Part shown: piece after piece, positions 17,212 through 26,742 of the stretch
Layout of the letters: each line of letters opens with the position of its first letter
Position numbering within the stretch: the stretch's first letter is position 1
Assembly: GCA_038212275.1 (NCBI GenBank)
Contig: JBBQUR010000017.1
Span: 32,001-96,000 of the forward strand
Length of the DNA stretch: 64,000 nt
Direction: 5' to 3'
DNA from: Planctomycetota bacterium
GTDB lineage: Bacteria > Planctomycetota > B15-G4
Program-made: the position numbers and the translations under genes
Notes under the pieces: generated by a model
What the model saw: only the letters and a program-made list of their open reading frames with translations
Databases searched by the model: none
Told to the model about the DNA's origin: nothing

Positions 17212-18456
17212 TCATGAGCTGGCGCCAGAGCAGGCGAAGGCCTGGAAGGCGCCGGGCAGCGCGACCTCGAGCAGCTCGAAGTCCTCGCTACACGCGCCGA
17301 GGGCATGCGGAACATGCGCCGGGATCACGAAGGCATCGCCCGGGGCGATGCGCACGGCGCCGGTCGCCGCCGCGTCGTGACCAAGGTCCGTTCCGGCTGC
17401 GCTCACGGCGTCACCGGCCCCATGAGCGCGATCGAGGGTCGCGACACGCAGCATCGCGTGCCCGCTCAGCACGAAGGAGAACAGCAGCTCCGCGTCGTGG
17501 GACCGGATTTCCTCAGCCGATGAGGAACCCTTGCCTTGTGCGCCGCGGGCGCGCAGCACGCGCACGCCGGCCAGCCCGCAGGTGGCCTCCGAGATGCCCG
17601 TTTCGGCGGACTGCAGGCCGGGGCGCCAGGAGGCCGCCCACGTGGACTCGGCCGCGCGGTGGCAGACGAAACGCTGGCCGGCATGCGTGCGCTCGCGTTG
17701 CACCACGGAATCGGGAAGCGCCAGCGCGTGATCCGCGCAGGTCTCGTGCTCTGCCGGACACGTGACCTCGACGACCTCCAGGCCCGGGGAACACTCGAGC
17801 ACGCGGTGCCGGATGCGCGGCGGCTGCAGCAGGCAGTCGCCAGCCTGCAGGACGAGCGATGGTCCCTGGCCCTCGTAGGCCACGCGCACCCAGCCGCGCA
17901 CGAAGTGGATCACCTGGAAGTGGATCTTGTGAAAGTGCACGTAGTCGGGCACGGGGCCGCCGTCCCTGATGCGGATGTGCGACGCGATGTATCGGCCGCC
18001 CAGCCGGTCCGGGATCAGGTCGCGGTATTCCATCCCGGCGCGGCCGCGCTTCCATGCGTCGGGTGCACCGGCGCCGTCCTGCCGTGTCAGCACGAAAGCG
18101 GGACGCATCGGCGGCAGGACGAGCTCGGGATCCGCCTGTGCCAGCACGATGCGCGTGCCGTTGGGCGCGGTGAGTTCGAGCGCGCCGCCGGCGACCGCAG
18201 CCCGCTCCGCCGCATGCAGGCGAAGCGTGACGGCGCCCCCCGCGCCGAGCGCGCCCCCCGCGCCGGCACGCTGCCGCTCGAGGCGCAGCCTCAGGCCGGC
18301 GCCGGACAGGATGGCGACGAGCGGATCGTCCGCCGGGATGATCGACTCGATGCAAAAACCCAGTCGCTCGACGAAGAAGCGTGTCGTGGCATCGAGCTCG
18401 ACGCACGGCAGCACGACCTCGCCCTGCGTGCATGCCGGCGTGCGCGACGGATCCAT
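17212..18456 (-). CDS. Cupin domain protein with N-terminal VOC/glyoxalase-like region
   Basis: GRAGMEYRDLIP, YIASHIRI, VPDYVHFH, LQPPRIRHRVLE; a second cupin half at the C-terminus. Confidence 0.78.
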   Translation of the reverse strand: MDPSRTPACTQGEVVLPCVELDATTRFFVERLGFCIESIIPADDPLVAILSGAGLRLRLERQRAGAGGALGAGGAVTLRLHAAERAAVAGGALELTAPNGTRIVLAQADPELVLPPMRPAFVLTRQDGAGAPDAWKRGRAGMEYRDLIPDRLGGRYIASHIRIRDGGPVPDYVHFHKIHFQVIHFVRGWVRVAYEGQGPSLVLQAGDCLLQPPRIRHRVLECSPGLEVVEVTCPAEHETCADHALALPDSVVQRERTHAGQRFVCHRAAESTWAASWRPGLQSAETGISEATCGLAGVRVLRARGAQGKGSSSAEEIRSHDAELLFSFVLSGHAMLRVATLDRAHGAGDAVSAAGTDLGHDAAATGAVRIAPGDAFVIPAHVPHALGACSEDFELLEVALPGAFQAFACSGASS

Positions 18457-18531
18457 GCCGCGATGATCCCAGATCCTGTGCCGAGCGGCGAGTGCGTGCA
18501 GCCGAAGGGCGTCACGCCCCTTCCGTGAAGA

Positions 18532-19830
18532 CTACGGCTCGTTCACGTAGATGAGGTGATCCGTGGGACGAACGCTGCCCATGATCGGGGTCGGGAACGG
18601 ACCGGCCAGCGGCGCGGTGTAGTTGTCCACGAGATCGGTGAAGTTGGTCGGCGAACCTGGGATCGACAGGACGGTCCAGCCGTTGCGTGTCGATGCGCCG
18701 TACTTCTGCTCGAGGAAGCTGCCCGTGCATGCATCCTGGTGAACGAACAGGCCTTCGTCGACCCAGACGGATTCCGTGCTCGGATACATGTTGGGATTGG
18801 TCCACCGGCCGATGCTCGTGCTCACCATGTGAAGCCAGGGCAGCGTCGGGAAGTTGATGTTGAGAGAGGTCCAGGCGCCCGGAGTCCCGGCCGTGGTCGT
18901 GCACTGCGTCTGTCCCGTGAACTGCCGCAACGTCTGCTGTTTGGGGCTGATCGACAGCGTGCACACGCAGCCCGCGCCGAGCGGCGTCATCGAGCCGAAA
19001 GCGACGGGATCCTCGACGGTGCATGCAAAGGGCGGCAAGCCGCTGGTGGTCACGCTGCGCGTGGCTTCCGCGAAGACATTGCCGCCGGGAGCGACGACGT
19101 TGACCGGCACGAACGGCTGCAGCGCCGAGTGTGGTGCGACGATCGCGAAGGACGAACTCGCGTGAAAAACGCCTGGCCGGTCGGAGAGTCCCGGCGCGTG
19201 GATGAAGCGGTCACACGCATGGTAGAGCACGAGAACGTTCTCCCAGGTGCCCGCCGCAGTGCAGTTGGTGTAGTCCACGTAGCCGTAGAAGAAGGCGGTC
19301 GGGTGCGGGCCGACGGGCGCAATGCAGTTGGGGACAGGACAGGGAGGCCCGCCTGGCGCCGCCAGTGAAACGAGGTCGGCCTTTGCCGTGAAGCGCCAGA
19401 CCTGAGCCACCGTGCCTGTCGTCGTGATTTCGTCCCAGGTGCGCGTGTAGTCCAGCGTCAGCTGGCCGCCGAGCAGCGGCAGGCCGGAGCTGCCGTCGAA
19501 CACCGTGAGCGTCGTGGTGTATTCGGCGCAGAACGGCTGCGCGGGCGGGGTCCAAGCCACCTTGAGCGTGCGCTGGTTGTTGACGGTGCACTGTCCCCAG
19601 CAGATGCCGAGGCCCGGCAGCGACGCTCCGGGAAACACCGGCAGGTTGGGGAGCGTGGCCGCGCAGCACGGGCCGAGATCCAGGTTGTCGGGCCCGAAGC
19701 ATTGCGCCGAGACGACGGGCGCAGCGGGAAGGAGGAGCGCCCCCAGCATCGCGAGCATCGCGATCTTTGTGATCTTTGTGATCTTCGCGAGCCTTGCGAT
19801 CGTTGCCGGCACGGCGGGTCGACGGATCAT
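18532..19830 (-). CDS. Secreted Cys-rich hypothetical protein
   Basis: Signal peptide ending VSA|QCFGPDNL; many Cys; no recognisable family. Start codon uncertain. Confidence 0.65.
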   Translation of the reverse strand: MIRRPAVPATIARLAKITKITKIAMLAMLGALLLPAAPVVSAQCFGPDNLDLGPCCAATLPNLPVFPGASLPGLGICWGQCTVNNQRTLKVAWTPPAQPFCAEYTTTLTVFDGSSGLPLLGGQLTLDYTRTWDEITTTGTVAQVWRFTAKADLVSLAAPGGPPCPVPNCIAPVGPHPTAFFYGYVDYTNCTAAGTWENVLVLYHACDRFIHAPGLSDRPGVFHASSSFAIVAPHSALQPFVPVNVVAPGGNVFAEATRSVTTSGLPPFACTVEDPVAFGSMTPLGAGCVCTLSISPKQQTLRQFTGQTQCTTTAGTPGAWTSLNINFPTLPWLHMVSTSIGRWTNPNMYPSTESVWVDEGLFVHQDACTGSFLEQKYGASTRNGWTVLSIPGSPTNFTDLVDNYTAPLAGPFPTPIMGSVRPTDHLIYVNEP

Positions 19831-20125
19831 GCGCGAAACGTGCAGCACGCAGCACCTCCTTGGAATGAGCAGGCCCCTGCCGAAGTCCCGAAGTTGCAGC
19901 CGTGGTGTGGTGCGCGGAGCCCGGGCGCATGACCACCTGCGCCGCGGATGATATGGCACGACCCGAGATTCGAACAGGCGGCGGCGGGAGAGGAATCCTC
20001 CCGCGTGAGGCGCGCGGCCCGGGCCCGAGAAGACTCAGGATGCGAGCCTCGCCGGGCGCTGGCGGGCGCCACGCGGCGGACGCCACCGTCAGGCGCACCG
20101 CAGCGCAGCGCGGCGCGCGGACGGC

Positions 20126-21772
20126 TCAGGGCGTGGTGCCCTTCACGGCGTTGCTCGCGGCAAAGCCGGACGGCCCGGCCGCGTCCTGAACCCAGAACTG
20201 GTAGTACGTGGCGAGGGCCGACGGCACGCCGACCGGCCACAGTGTCGCGATCGCGACGGTGCCGCCCGCGGTCGTCGGAATCGCGAAGACGAAGTTCACG
20301 TCCGGCACCATGAGGCCGCCCTTGAAGGGTGCGCCGAGCGCCGAAAGGCCGAGCACGAACCACGCCGGGCTGTTGCCGAGCGCCTGCGCGAGCGACACGC
20401 CGAGAGCACTGCCGGCGCTGAGCGTGCCCGTGAGCTCCAGCGTCGGATCGCCCGACGTGCCGGCAAGGCTGCTGCCGAGGTCGAGCCACGCGGAGGGAAA
20501 TTCCCGGGCGCCGATGTCCACGACCGGCGCCGGGCCGATGCCGGTGTCGGCGACGGAGAGCACGTCCGCGAGGCGCGGCTGGTGCGCGTAGTCCAGCAGG
20601 GCGCCGGCCGGCACGGCCGAGGAATCGCCGGCATCGATGCCGGGCGAGGCGGAGGTCGGCGAGAAATCACCCCCGACGAGATCCAGCAGGCCGGGATCCG
20701 CGGACAGATTGCCCGTGCCGGCGAAGCCGCCCTGCACGATGGAGTGCGTGACGACGGTCGCCGCATTCACCTGGTTGCCCGCGGCCTGCGCGCCGCCGGG
20801 CCCGGTGTTGTCCCAGAAGATGCAGTTGACGACCGTGGCATTGGTGGCGGCCTGGTTGCGCAATCCGGCGACGGCGTTCACCGTGGACGTGTTGCCGATG
20901 ATCGTGCAGTTGCGGATGCGCGGATCGCCGCCCGTGCCCACCCAGATGGCCCCGCCGCCGCCCGAACCGGTGGCCGTGTTGCCGGTGAAGACGCAGTTGT
21001 TCACCAGCACGCCGTTGGTGGAGAAGACCTCCAGCGCGCCGGCGCGAGCGGCCGTGTTGCCCTTGAACAGGCAGCGCTCGTAGAGCACCGCCCCGCCGGA
21101 GGCGATGTCGAAGGCGCCGCCGAAGGACCCGCCGACGCCGTCCTCGAAGCTGCAATCGGTGAAGCTCGGCGCCGCGCTGCTGCTGATGTAGCCGGCCGCG
21201 CCGCCGAAGCTGCTGCGGTTGCCGACGAAGCGGCAGTTGCGCACGGTCGGGCTCGCGCCGCTCAGGCACAGGATGCCGCCGCCGCGGTCCTGATTGCCTC
21301 CGTTGACAGTCGCGGCGCCGCTCGAAATCACGAAGCCGTCGAGCACCGCGCTCGGGCCGGTGCCCGTCGTGGTGATGAGGTGGATGGAGTTGTCGCCGAA
21401 GGCCAGTGCGCCATCGTTGCCCGCAAGATCGCCGCTGAGCACGCTGGGCGCCGTGCCGAAGGGCGGGCGCTGGGCTGGCGACGTCTCCGTCCCGAGGAAG
21501 GACCCGTAGATCGCGACGTCATTCTTGAGCGCGAAGGCCACGGTGCGCGACAGCGTGGCTGTCGGGAGGCAGGTGCCTTGCGCCACGAAGATCTGGTCGC
21601 CCGCGATGGAGACGGCGAGAGCGGCCTGCAGGCCGTGCGGCCCCTGAAATGCGTCGGCCCAGCTCGAGCCGTCGTTGGCCCCCGTCGCGAGGTCGGCATT
21701 CACGTGGTGCGTGCCGGCCGCCACGGCAGGCGAGAGCGCGAGCAGGCACGACAGGGCAAGGGCGATGTGCAT
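20126..21772 (-). CDS. Secreted right-handed parallel beta-helix (pectin-lyase-like) protein with shared C-terminal PFKGG domain
   Basis: Signal peptide; GANDGSSWADAF; repeated NC.F.GN...GGA; ADPGL...SPGIDAG...VDIGARE; C-terminus PFKGGLMVP...SNAVKGTTP. Confidence 0.85.
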   Translation of the reverse strand: MHIALALSCLLALSPAVAAGTHHVNADLATGANDGSSWADAFQGPHGLQAALAVSIAGDQIFVAQGTCLPTATLSRTVAFALKNDVAIYGSFLGTETSPAQRPPFGTAPSVLSGDLAGNDGALAFGDNSIHLITTTGTGPSAVLDGFVISSGAATVNGGNQDRGGGILCLSGASPTVRNCRFVGNRSSFGGAAGYISSSAAPSFTDCSFEDGVGGSFGGAFDIASGGAVLYERCLFKGNTAARAGALEVFSTNGVLVNNCVFTGNTATGSGGGGAIWVGTGGDPRIRNCTIIGNTSTVNAVAGLRNQAATNATVVNCIFWDNTGPGGAQAAGNQVNAATVVTHSIVQGGFAGTGNLSADPGLLDLVGGDFSPTSASPGIDAGDSSAVPAGALLDYAHQPRLADVLSVADTGIGPAPVVDIGAREFPSAWLDLGSSLAGTSGDPTLELTGTLSAGSALGVSLAQALGNSPAWFVLGLSALGAPFKGGLMVPDVNFVFAIPTTAGGTVAIATLWPVGVPSALATYYQFWVQDAAGPSGFAASNAVKGTTP

Positions 21773-21842
21773 CAGTTGTCTCAGGTGTCGGGCACGGGTG
21801 AGGAAGCGGGGGATGTTAACACCCTCCGCGCCGCAGAGGGCG

Positions 21843-22814
21843 TCAGCTCTCCATCTCGCGCCCGAGAAAGAAGCCGTCGTCGCCCTGGCTCTGGTAGAGA
21901 GGAAAGACGAGCCAACCGTCCTCGTCCGCCCGCACTTCGCCGTGCCGATCGCGCGCGAGCAGCGTGCCGGCGCGGACGCGCTGCAGGTTCGCGAAGCCGG
22001 GCTCCATGCGGAAGTCGTCGTCCTTCCGGAGCGCGTGCCGGTGATGAACCTGAATCACGCGTGGCAGTCCGCGGCTCGCGCCCTGCAGCCGCGCGGCGTG
22101 CTGCGCGAGGTCCGGCAGCGCCGTGCCTTCCACCAGACCGGTGAAGGCAAGCGCCAGCATCAACACCGAGTGCAGCTGGTCGACCGAGCCAGGATCGTCG
22201 TTCTGCCCGCCCTCCACCACGAGCGAGACGCAGCCGCGACGAGTCAGGTATCCGGCGAGGATGCCGTGGACTCTTTCGAGCATTCCGCGGAGGGCGGGCA
22301 GGCCCACGGCCAGCGCGAAGCCGCTGCTGTCCGCCGTGCCGGCCACGATCGAGAAGGCGAAACCCGCGGCGGACGAGGTGTGCAGGTCGAGCACGAAGAC
22401 GCGCCGCCCGTCGTGCAGGAAGGGTTCGATGGCCGCGAGCAAGTCGAGCTGCTCGCGGTCCTCGGTCTCGGGCGCGGCGCCCGCTGGCGACCCGTTGCCG
22501 TTCCCGTGGCTGCCCGTCGCCGAGCGGAGATGCGCGAGGCTCTCCTCGGTCCAGCCGCGATTGAGGTCGCGCGTGAGGAAGCGTCGCTGCTGCTGCAGTG
22601 CACCGCGATTGCCGAGCAGCACGAGCAGCTCGCCGTGCATCGGCACGTGCTCCTCGCGGAGTCTCGCGAGCACGCGCCGGGCCGCCGCGATGCCGGCGGG
22701 CTCGTTGCCGTGAATGCCCGCGATGACGAGGAGCAGCGGGCCTCCCTGGGTGCCGCGCAGGTGGCCGAGCACACGGCCGTCGGCCGCGTTGCTGCCGGCG
22801 GCCCCCGCCGTCAC
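21843..22814 (-). CDS. Succinylglutamate desuccinylase/aspartoacylase (AstE/AspA, M14-type zinc) family protein
   Basis: AGIHGNEPAG, RRFLTRDLNRGW, VLDLHTSS, VVEGGQ; GTG at 22814 overlaps the upstream stop. Confidence 0.88.
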   Translation of the reverse strand: MTAGAAGSNAADGRVLGHLRGTQGGPLLLVIAGIHGNEPAGIAAARRVLARLREEHVPMHGELLVLLGNRGALQQQRRFLTRDLNRGWTEESLAHLRSATGSHGNGNGSPAGAAPETEDREQLDLLAAIEPFLHDGRRVFVLDLHTSSAAGFAFSIVAGTADSSGFALAVGLPALRGMLERVHGILAGYLTRRGCVSLVVEGGQNDDPGSVDQLHSVLMLALAFTGLVEGTALPDLAQHAARLQGASRGLPRVIQVHHRHALRKDDDFRMEPGFANLQRVRAGTLLARDRHGEVRADEDGWLVFPLYQSQGDDGFFLGREMES

Positions 22815-24721
22815 TCGGCGAGCTTCTGCTTGAGAAGCTGGCTGGCGATGTCGGCGAAGTCGCCGGGCGTGATCATGCCCACGAGACGTCCGCGGTGGAC
22901 GACGGGCAGGCACCCGACCTTGTGCGTGTTCATGAGCTCGATCGCGCGCATGGTGGTCGTGCCCGGTGCGACCGTGAACGGATCGCGGTGCATCACTTCC
23001 GAGACGGGGATCGCGTCGGCGCCGCGCGCGGCGTCCTGCGCCGTCAGCAGCCGCAGCAGCGAGCGATAGGAGACCAGGCCCACCAGCCGGTGCTCCTGAT
23101 CTTCCACCGGAACGTGGCGGATGCCGTGCCACTGCATGAGGTTGGCGGCCAGCTCCACCGGATCGTCTTCCTGCACGGTGTACAGGTCGGTGGACATGTA
23201 CTGCTCGATGTGCACGTAGTTGTGCTTCCAGCCGCCGGCCTCGACGCGCTGCGCGGGCTCCCACGACTCCACCGTGGCGCCGCTCTGCTGTCGCGCGGCC
23301 GTGGCGGAGGTCAGCGCGGTCAGTCGTTCGGCGGCCGTGCCGTGCCCCTTCATCTGGGCCAGCGAGAAGAGCAGCCAGCGCGCGCCGGTGCGGCCGGTGC
23401 GCACGCGGCGCTCGATGACGCCGAGATAGCGCTCGCGATCCGCATCGTCGACGCCGCCGCTGCGCAGGCCGGCCTCGGCGAGCGGCAGCAGGTGGTCCAG
23501 CACCAGGTGCGGCGCCGACATCTCCTCGCCGTCCAACCAGATCATGGGTGCGCCGAGTCCGTAGCGCGCGCCGGTGGTGAAGTTGGCCCGCGCGTGCTCG
23601 AACTCCATGACCTTCGTGATGTCCTCGTGCTTTGCCGCGAGGCCGAGCATGCAGCCGTACCAGAAGGCGCCGTTGGCGACTTCGTCAGTGACACTTGGAC
23701 CCGACGGCAGCACGCGGTTCTCGATGCGGAGGTGCGGCTTGCCGTCGGTCACGCCGTAGCAGGCGCGGTTCCAGCGGTAGACGGTGCCGTTGTGCAGGCG
23801 CAGGCTGCGCAGTTCGGGCACGCCGCCGCGCTCGAGAATCGCCATCGGATCCTCGCCGCTCTCGCCGCCGACCAGCGTGCGGAAGCGCGCGACGTCCTCG
23901 CGGTAGATCTCCACCACCGAGCGCCGCAGCCAGCGATCGCCGAAGGACACGCGCGCCTGAACGTCGCGCTCGTGATTCGGGCTGCGCGTGTCCACGGCCT
24001 GCTCGAAGAGCGCGATGCGCGTCTCGGTCCACAGCCTGCGGCCGAAGAGCAGCGGCGAATTGCTGCAGCAGGAGAGCAGCGGCCCGGCCAGGGCCTGCGC
24101 GATGTTGTAGAGATTGGGGAACTCCGCCGCTCCCGACTGCAGGTGCACCTGGAAGCTCGTGTTGCAGGCCTCCACCATCACCGAGTCGTGCTTGAGGCGC
24201 AGTTCGTCGGCGCCTTCGATGGCGATCTCGTAGTCCTGCCCGCGCAGCGCGGTCATCGCGCGGTTGAGCATCTGGTAGCGCGGGTTGGGAACCATGTTCT
24301 CCAGCCCGAGATCGGAGCGGCGCAGCGACGGCAGGATGCCCGTGAGCACGATCTCCAGCCCGGCAGGCCCGATCGCGCGACGCAGCTGCCCGAGCAGACC
24401 GGAGAGCTGGTGCTCCATGCGCCGGAAGCAGTCGCCGCCGAAGAGCTGAGGATCGAGGTTGCACTCGAGCTGGAACAGCCCCAGCTCCGTGGTGAAGTGC
24501 GGGTCATTCACCAGCTCGAGGGCCTTGAGCGATGCCGGCGCCGGGTGCCAGTGCCGATCCACGAGGAAGACTTCCTGCTCGGCGCCCACGCGGCGCACGC
24601 CTTCCTCGATCAGCCCGTTGGACAGCATGGCCTCGAGCGCCTGAAGGTCACGCAGGATCGCGCGCATGAAGCGCCGCCGGTCCGGGCCCGCGAACTCGGC
24701 ATCGACTTTCTGCTCACCCAT
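22811..24721 (-). CDS. Glutamate-cysteine ligase family 2 (GCS2-like) protein fused to tandem CBS domains
   Basis: GAEQE, TTELGLFQLECN, NTSFQVHLQ, NSP, ETRI.LFEQ, HNGTVYRWNR, HLRIENR; C-terminal CBS pair (IRHVPV...LVGL; VGCLPV...LVGMIT). Confidence 0.88.
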   Translation of the reverse strand: MGEQKVDAEFAGPDRRRFMRAILRDLQALEAMLSNGLIEEGVRRVGAEQEVFLVDRHWHPAPASLKALELVNDPHFTTELGLFQLECNLDPQLFGGDCFRRMEHQLSGLLGQLRRAIGPAGLEIVLTGILPSLRRSDLGLENMVPNPRYQMLNRAMTALRGQDYEIAIEGADELRLKHDSVMVEACNTSFQVHLQSGAAEFPNLYNIAQALAGPLLSCCSNSPLLFGRRLWTETRIALFEQAVDTRSPNHERDVQARVSFGDRWLRRSVVEIYREDVARFRTLVGGESGEDPMAILERGGVPELRSLRLHNGTVYRWNRACYGVTDGKPHLRIENRVLPSGPSVTDEVANGAFWYGCMLGLAAKHEDITKVMEFEHARANFTTGARYGLGAPMIWLDGEEMSAPHLVLDHLLPLAEAGLRSGGVDDADRERYLGVIERRVRTGRTGARWLLFSLAQMKGHGTAAERLTALTSATAARQQSGATVESWEPAQRVEAGGWKHNYVHIEQYMSTDLYTVQEDDPVELAANLMQWHGIRHVPVEDQEHRLVGLVSYRSLLRLLTAQDAARGADAIPVSEVMHRDPFTVAPGTTTMRAIELMNTHKVGCLPVVHRGRLVGMITPGDFADIASQLLKQKLAE

Positions 24722-24727
24722 GTGCTT

Positions 24728-25453
24728 TCAGACGAACTCGTTCAGGTACAGCGGCAGCATCGTGCGCCACGTAGGCCAGTCATGGTGCCACTCGGCTCCC
24801 CACGGGTCCACTCGGTTGGGGATGCCCCGGCTGCCGAGCACGTCCGCCATGCGCCAGCTTTCGCCGATGTCCTCGGCGCGCCCCTGCCCGGAGGCGAGCA
24901 GGATGAAGCGCTTGCGGATCGCCTCGAGCGCCTCGCCCTGAAGCTGCGGAAGGAAGTGGATCGGGGACGCGTAGTGGAAGTCCTCGCCGCCGTCGCCCTT
25001 GAGGAAACGGGAGACGTCGTAGGTGCCGCTCATGCACAAGGCGTGCGAGAAGACCTCCGGGTAGCGGCAGACCATGGCCAGCGAGTGGAAGGCGCCGATG
25101 GACGCGCCGGTGGCCACCACCTCGACCGACTGCTGCCCGCAGTCGGCGGCGATGGCGGGCACCAGCTCGTGGCGCACGAACTCGTGGAAGCGATTCTGCA
25201 TGCGGCCGCGGTAACGGCTGCTGCCCTCGCCCGCCACCATGACCTGACCGGCCACGCTGTCGCAGGAGTAGACCTTGATGCGGCCCGCGTCGATGAGGGG
25301 CTGCACCGCGCCGATCATGTGAAAGCGCTCGACCTCCTCGGCGTCCCCGCCGGCGGTCGGGAAGAGCAGCACCGGCTTGCCGTAATGGCCCCAGCGCACG
25401 ACCGAGACGTCCTGGGCGACGCGCGTGGAATACCAGCGTGTGGCGTGCTTCAT
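24728..25453 (-). CDS. Alpha/beta-hydrolase esterase family protein
   Basis: WGHYGKPVLLFPT, nucleophile elbow GASIG, MSGTYD, HHDWPTW; ATGA overlap with the upstream gene. Confidence 0.85.
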   Translation of the reverse strand: MKHATRWYSTRVAQDVSVVRWGHYGKPVLLFPTAGGDAEEVERFHMIGAVQPLIDAGRIKVYSCDSVAGQVMVAGEGSSRYRGRMQNRFHEFVRHELVPAIAADCGQQSVEVVATGASIGAFHSLAMVCRYPEVFSHALCMSGTYDVSRFLKGDGGEDFHYASPIHFLPQLQGEALEAIRKRFILLASGQGRAEDIGESWRMADVLGSRGIPNRVDPWGAEWHHDWPTWRTMLPLYLNEFV

Positions 25454-26703
25454 TTCAGCCCCGCCGCTGCGCCGGACTCGTGCTCGCGCCAGAGCTGGAT
25501 GCGCGACCAGAACAGCTCCGTGAACTGGTCCACTTCGCGCGCGGGGAAAAGCGCCGCCACCTTGATGCGCACGGCGTGCTTCGCCGTGTCGGTGGCGAAG
25601 AACTCCCACGCGGTCTCGTCCAGGTGCGGCAGGTGCCGGGCGCAGAATTCCTCGAAGCGCGCGGCATCGAAGCGCTTGCGGGCCAGTGCGGCGCACGCGG
25701 TCAGCCGCTTGTTCGCGTCCGGCTCGTCGTTCGCGATCTCGAAAAACGGATTCCAGTCGAGGTTCTGGCGCATCGGGCGCTTCGTCGCCGCGCAGAAGAT
25801 CGACCAGCGCAGGTTCGCCTTGAGCAGCCACGGGAAGTGATAGTGCAACGAGGTCACCTGGCTGTCCGGGCAGGCATTGGCGAAGTCGATCGGGTGCCAC
25901 GTGCCGTCGCGGCGCAGCGCCTCGCAGGAATTGAAGTCCCAGCCGAAGAAGGCGTTGATCGTGAGGGTCATGTCGCGCAGCACCTGCGCCTGGTCGGGCG
26001 GCGCGACGTCGCGGTCCATCGTGTAGCGGTCGTGCAGCGGCGCCGAGGCGTCGTAGCGGATGAGCCGCGTCTGCGGCCCGAAGCCGATGCAGCGCACGAA
26101 GCTGTCGTGCGGGTCCACCGCCTTCTGCAGGTGCATGACGTTCGTGCCGCTCTTCTCGTAGGCGGCGCGCAGCGCGGCCTCGTCCTTGATCTGCGACACG
26201 CCCGCCCAGCCGCCGCCATCGTAGGGCTTCATGAATGACGGGTAGCCCAGCGCCTTGCCCACCTGCCCGATGTCGAAGAGCTTCGCGTAGCGTTCGAGCG
26301 TGCTCTGCAGGTCGTCCCTCGGGGCATACTCCTTGGGCGGCAGCAGCCAGGTGTCCGGCACCGGCAGGCCCAGCTTCATCATCGCGCAGTAGGTCGTGTG
26401 CTTCTCGTTGGCCTGGATGGACCACGGATTGTTGAAGACATAGAGCCCGTCCATGACGACGCACTTCTTGATCCACTCGCGGCTCGGCATGTACCAGTGC
26501 GTGAGCCGGTCGATGACCAGGTCGTAGCGGCAGGGCTGGCGCAGGTCGAAGGGCTCGATGCTGACGCGCTCGACCTCGAAGCGCACCGTGTCGCGCCCGA
26601 TGCGCAGCGACAGCTTGAGGCGCGCCATCAACTCCTCGTAGCAGAGCGGCCAGCACAGGTCCGCGCCCAGCGACAAGCCGATCTTTCGAACGATCTCAAC
26701 CAT
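25450..26703 (-). CDS. ATP-grasp ligase (RimK-like)
   Basis: IDRLTHW, NNP, EKH, FMKPYDGGGWAGV, LQKAV, FNSCE, IDFANACPD. Confidence 0.8.
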   Translation of the reverse strand: MVEIVRKIGLSLGADLCWPLCYEELMARLKLSLRIGRDTVRFEVERVSIEPFDLRQPCRYDLVIDRLTHWYMPSREWIKKCVVMDGLYVFNNPWSIQANEKHTTYCAMMKLGLPVPDTWLLPPKEYAPRDDLQSTLERYAKLFDIGQVGKALGYPSFMKPYDGGGWAGVSQIKDEAALRAAYEKSGTNVMHLQKAVDPHDSFVRCIGFGPQTRLIRYDASAPLHDRYTMDRDVAPPDQAQVLRDMTLTINAFFGWDFNSCEALRRDGTWHPIDFANACPDSQVTSLHYHFPWLLKANLRWSIFCAATKRPMRQNLDWNPFFEIANDEPDANKRLTACAALARKRFDAARFEEFCARHLPHLDETAWEFFATDTAKHAVRIKVAALFPAREVDQFTELFWSRIQLWREHESGAAAGLK

Positions 26704-26742
26704 CGTGAACTCCGTGAACCTCTCTGCCCGTGCGGGGTGCCA

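Noticed and set aside
22811..24721. Calling this gene gshA and the ATP-grasp genes gshB/rimK/ddl
   Set aside because: Family-level similarity only; the domain architecture and context do not support orthology.
22895..25840. 981-aa plus-strand ORF (and similar long ORFs such as 4967-7066 +, 34232-36691 -, 44803-47238 -)
   Set aside because: Antisense shadows of well-supported genes; they have no motifs and are expected in high-GC DNA with few stop codons.
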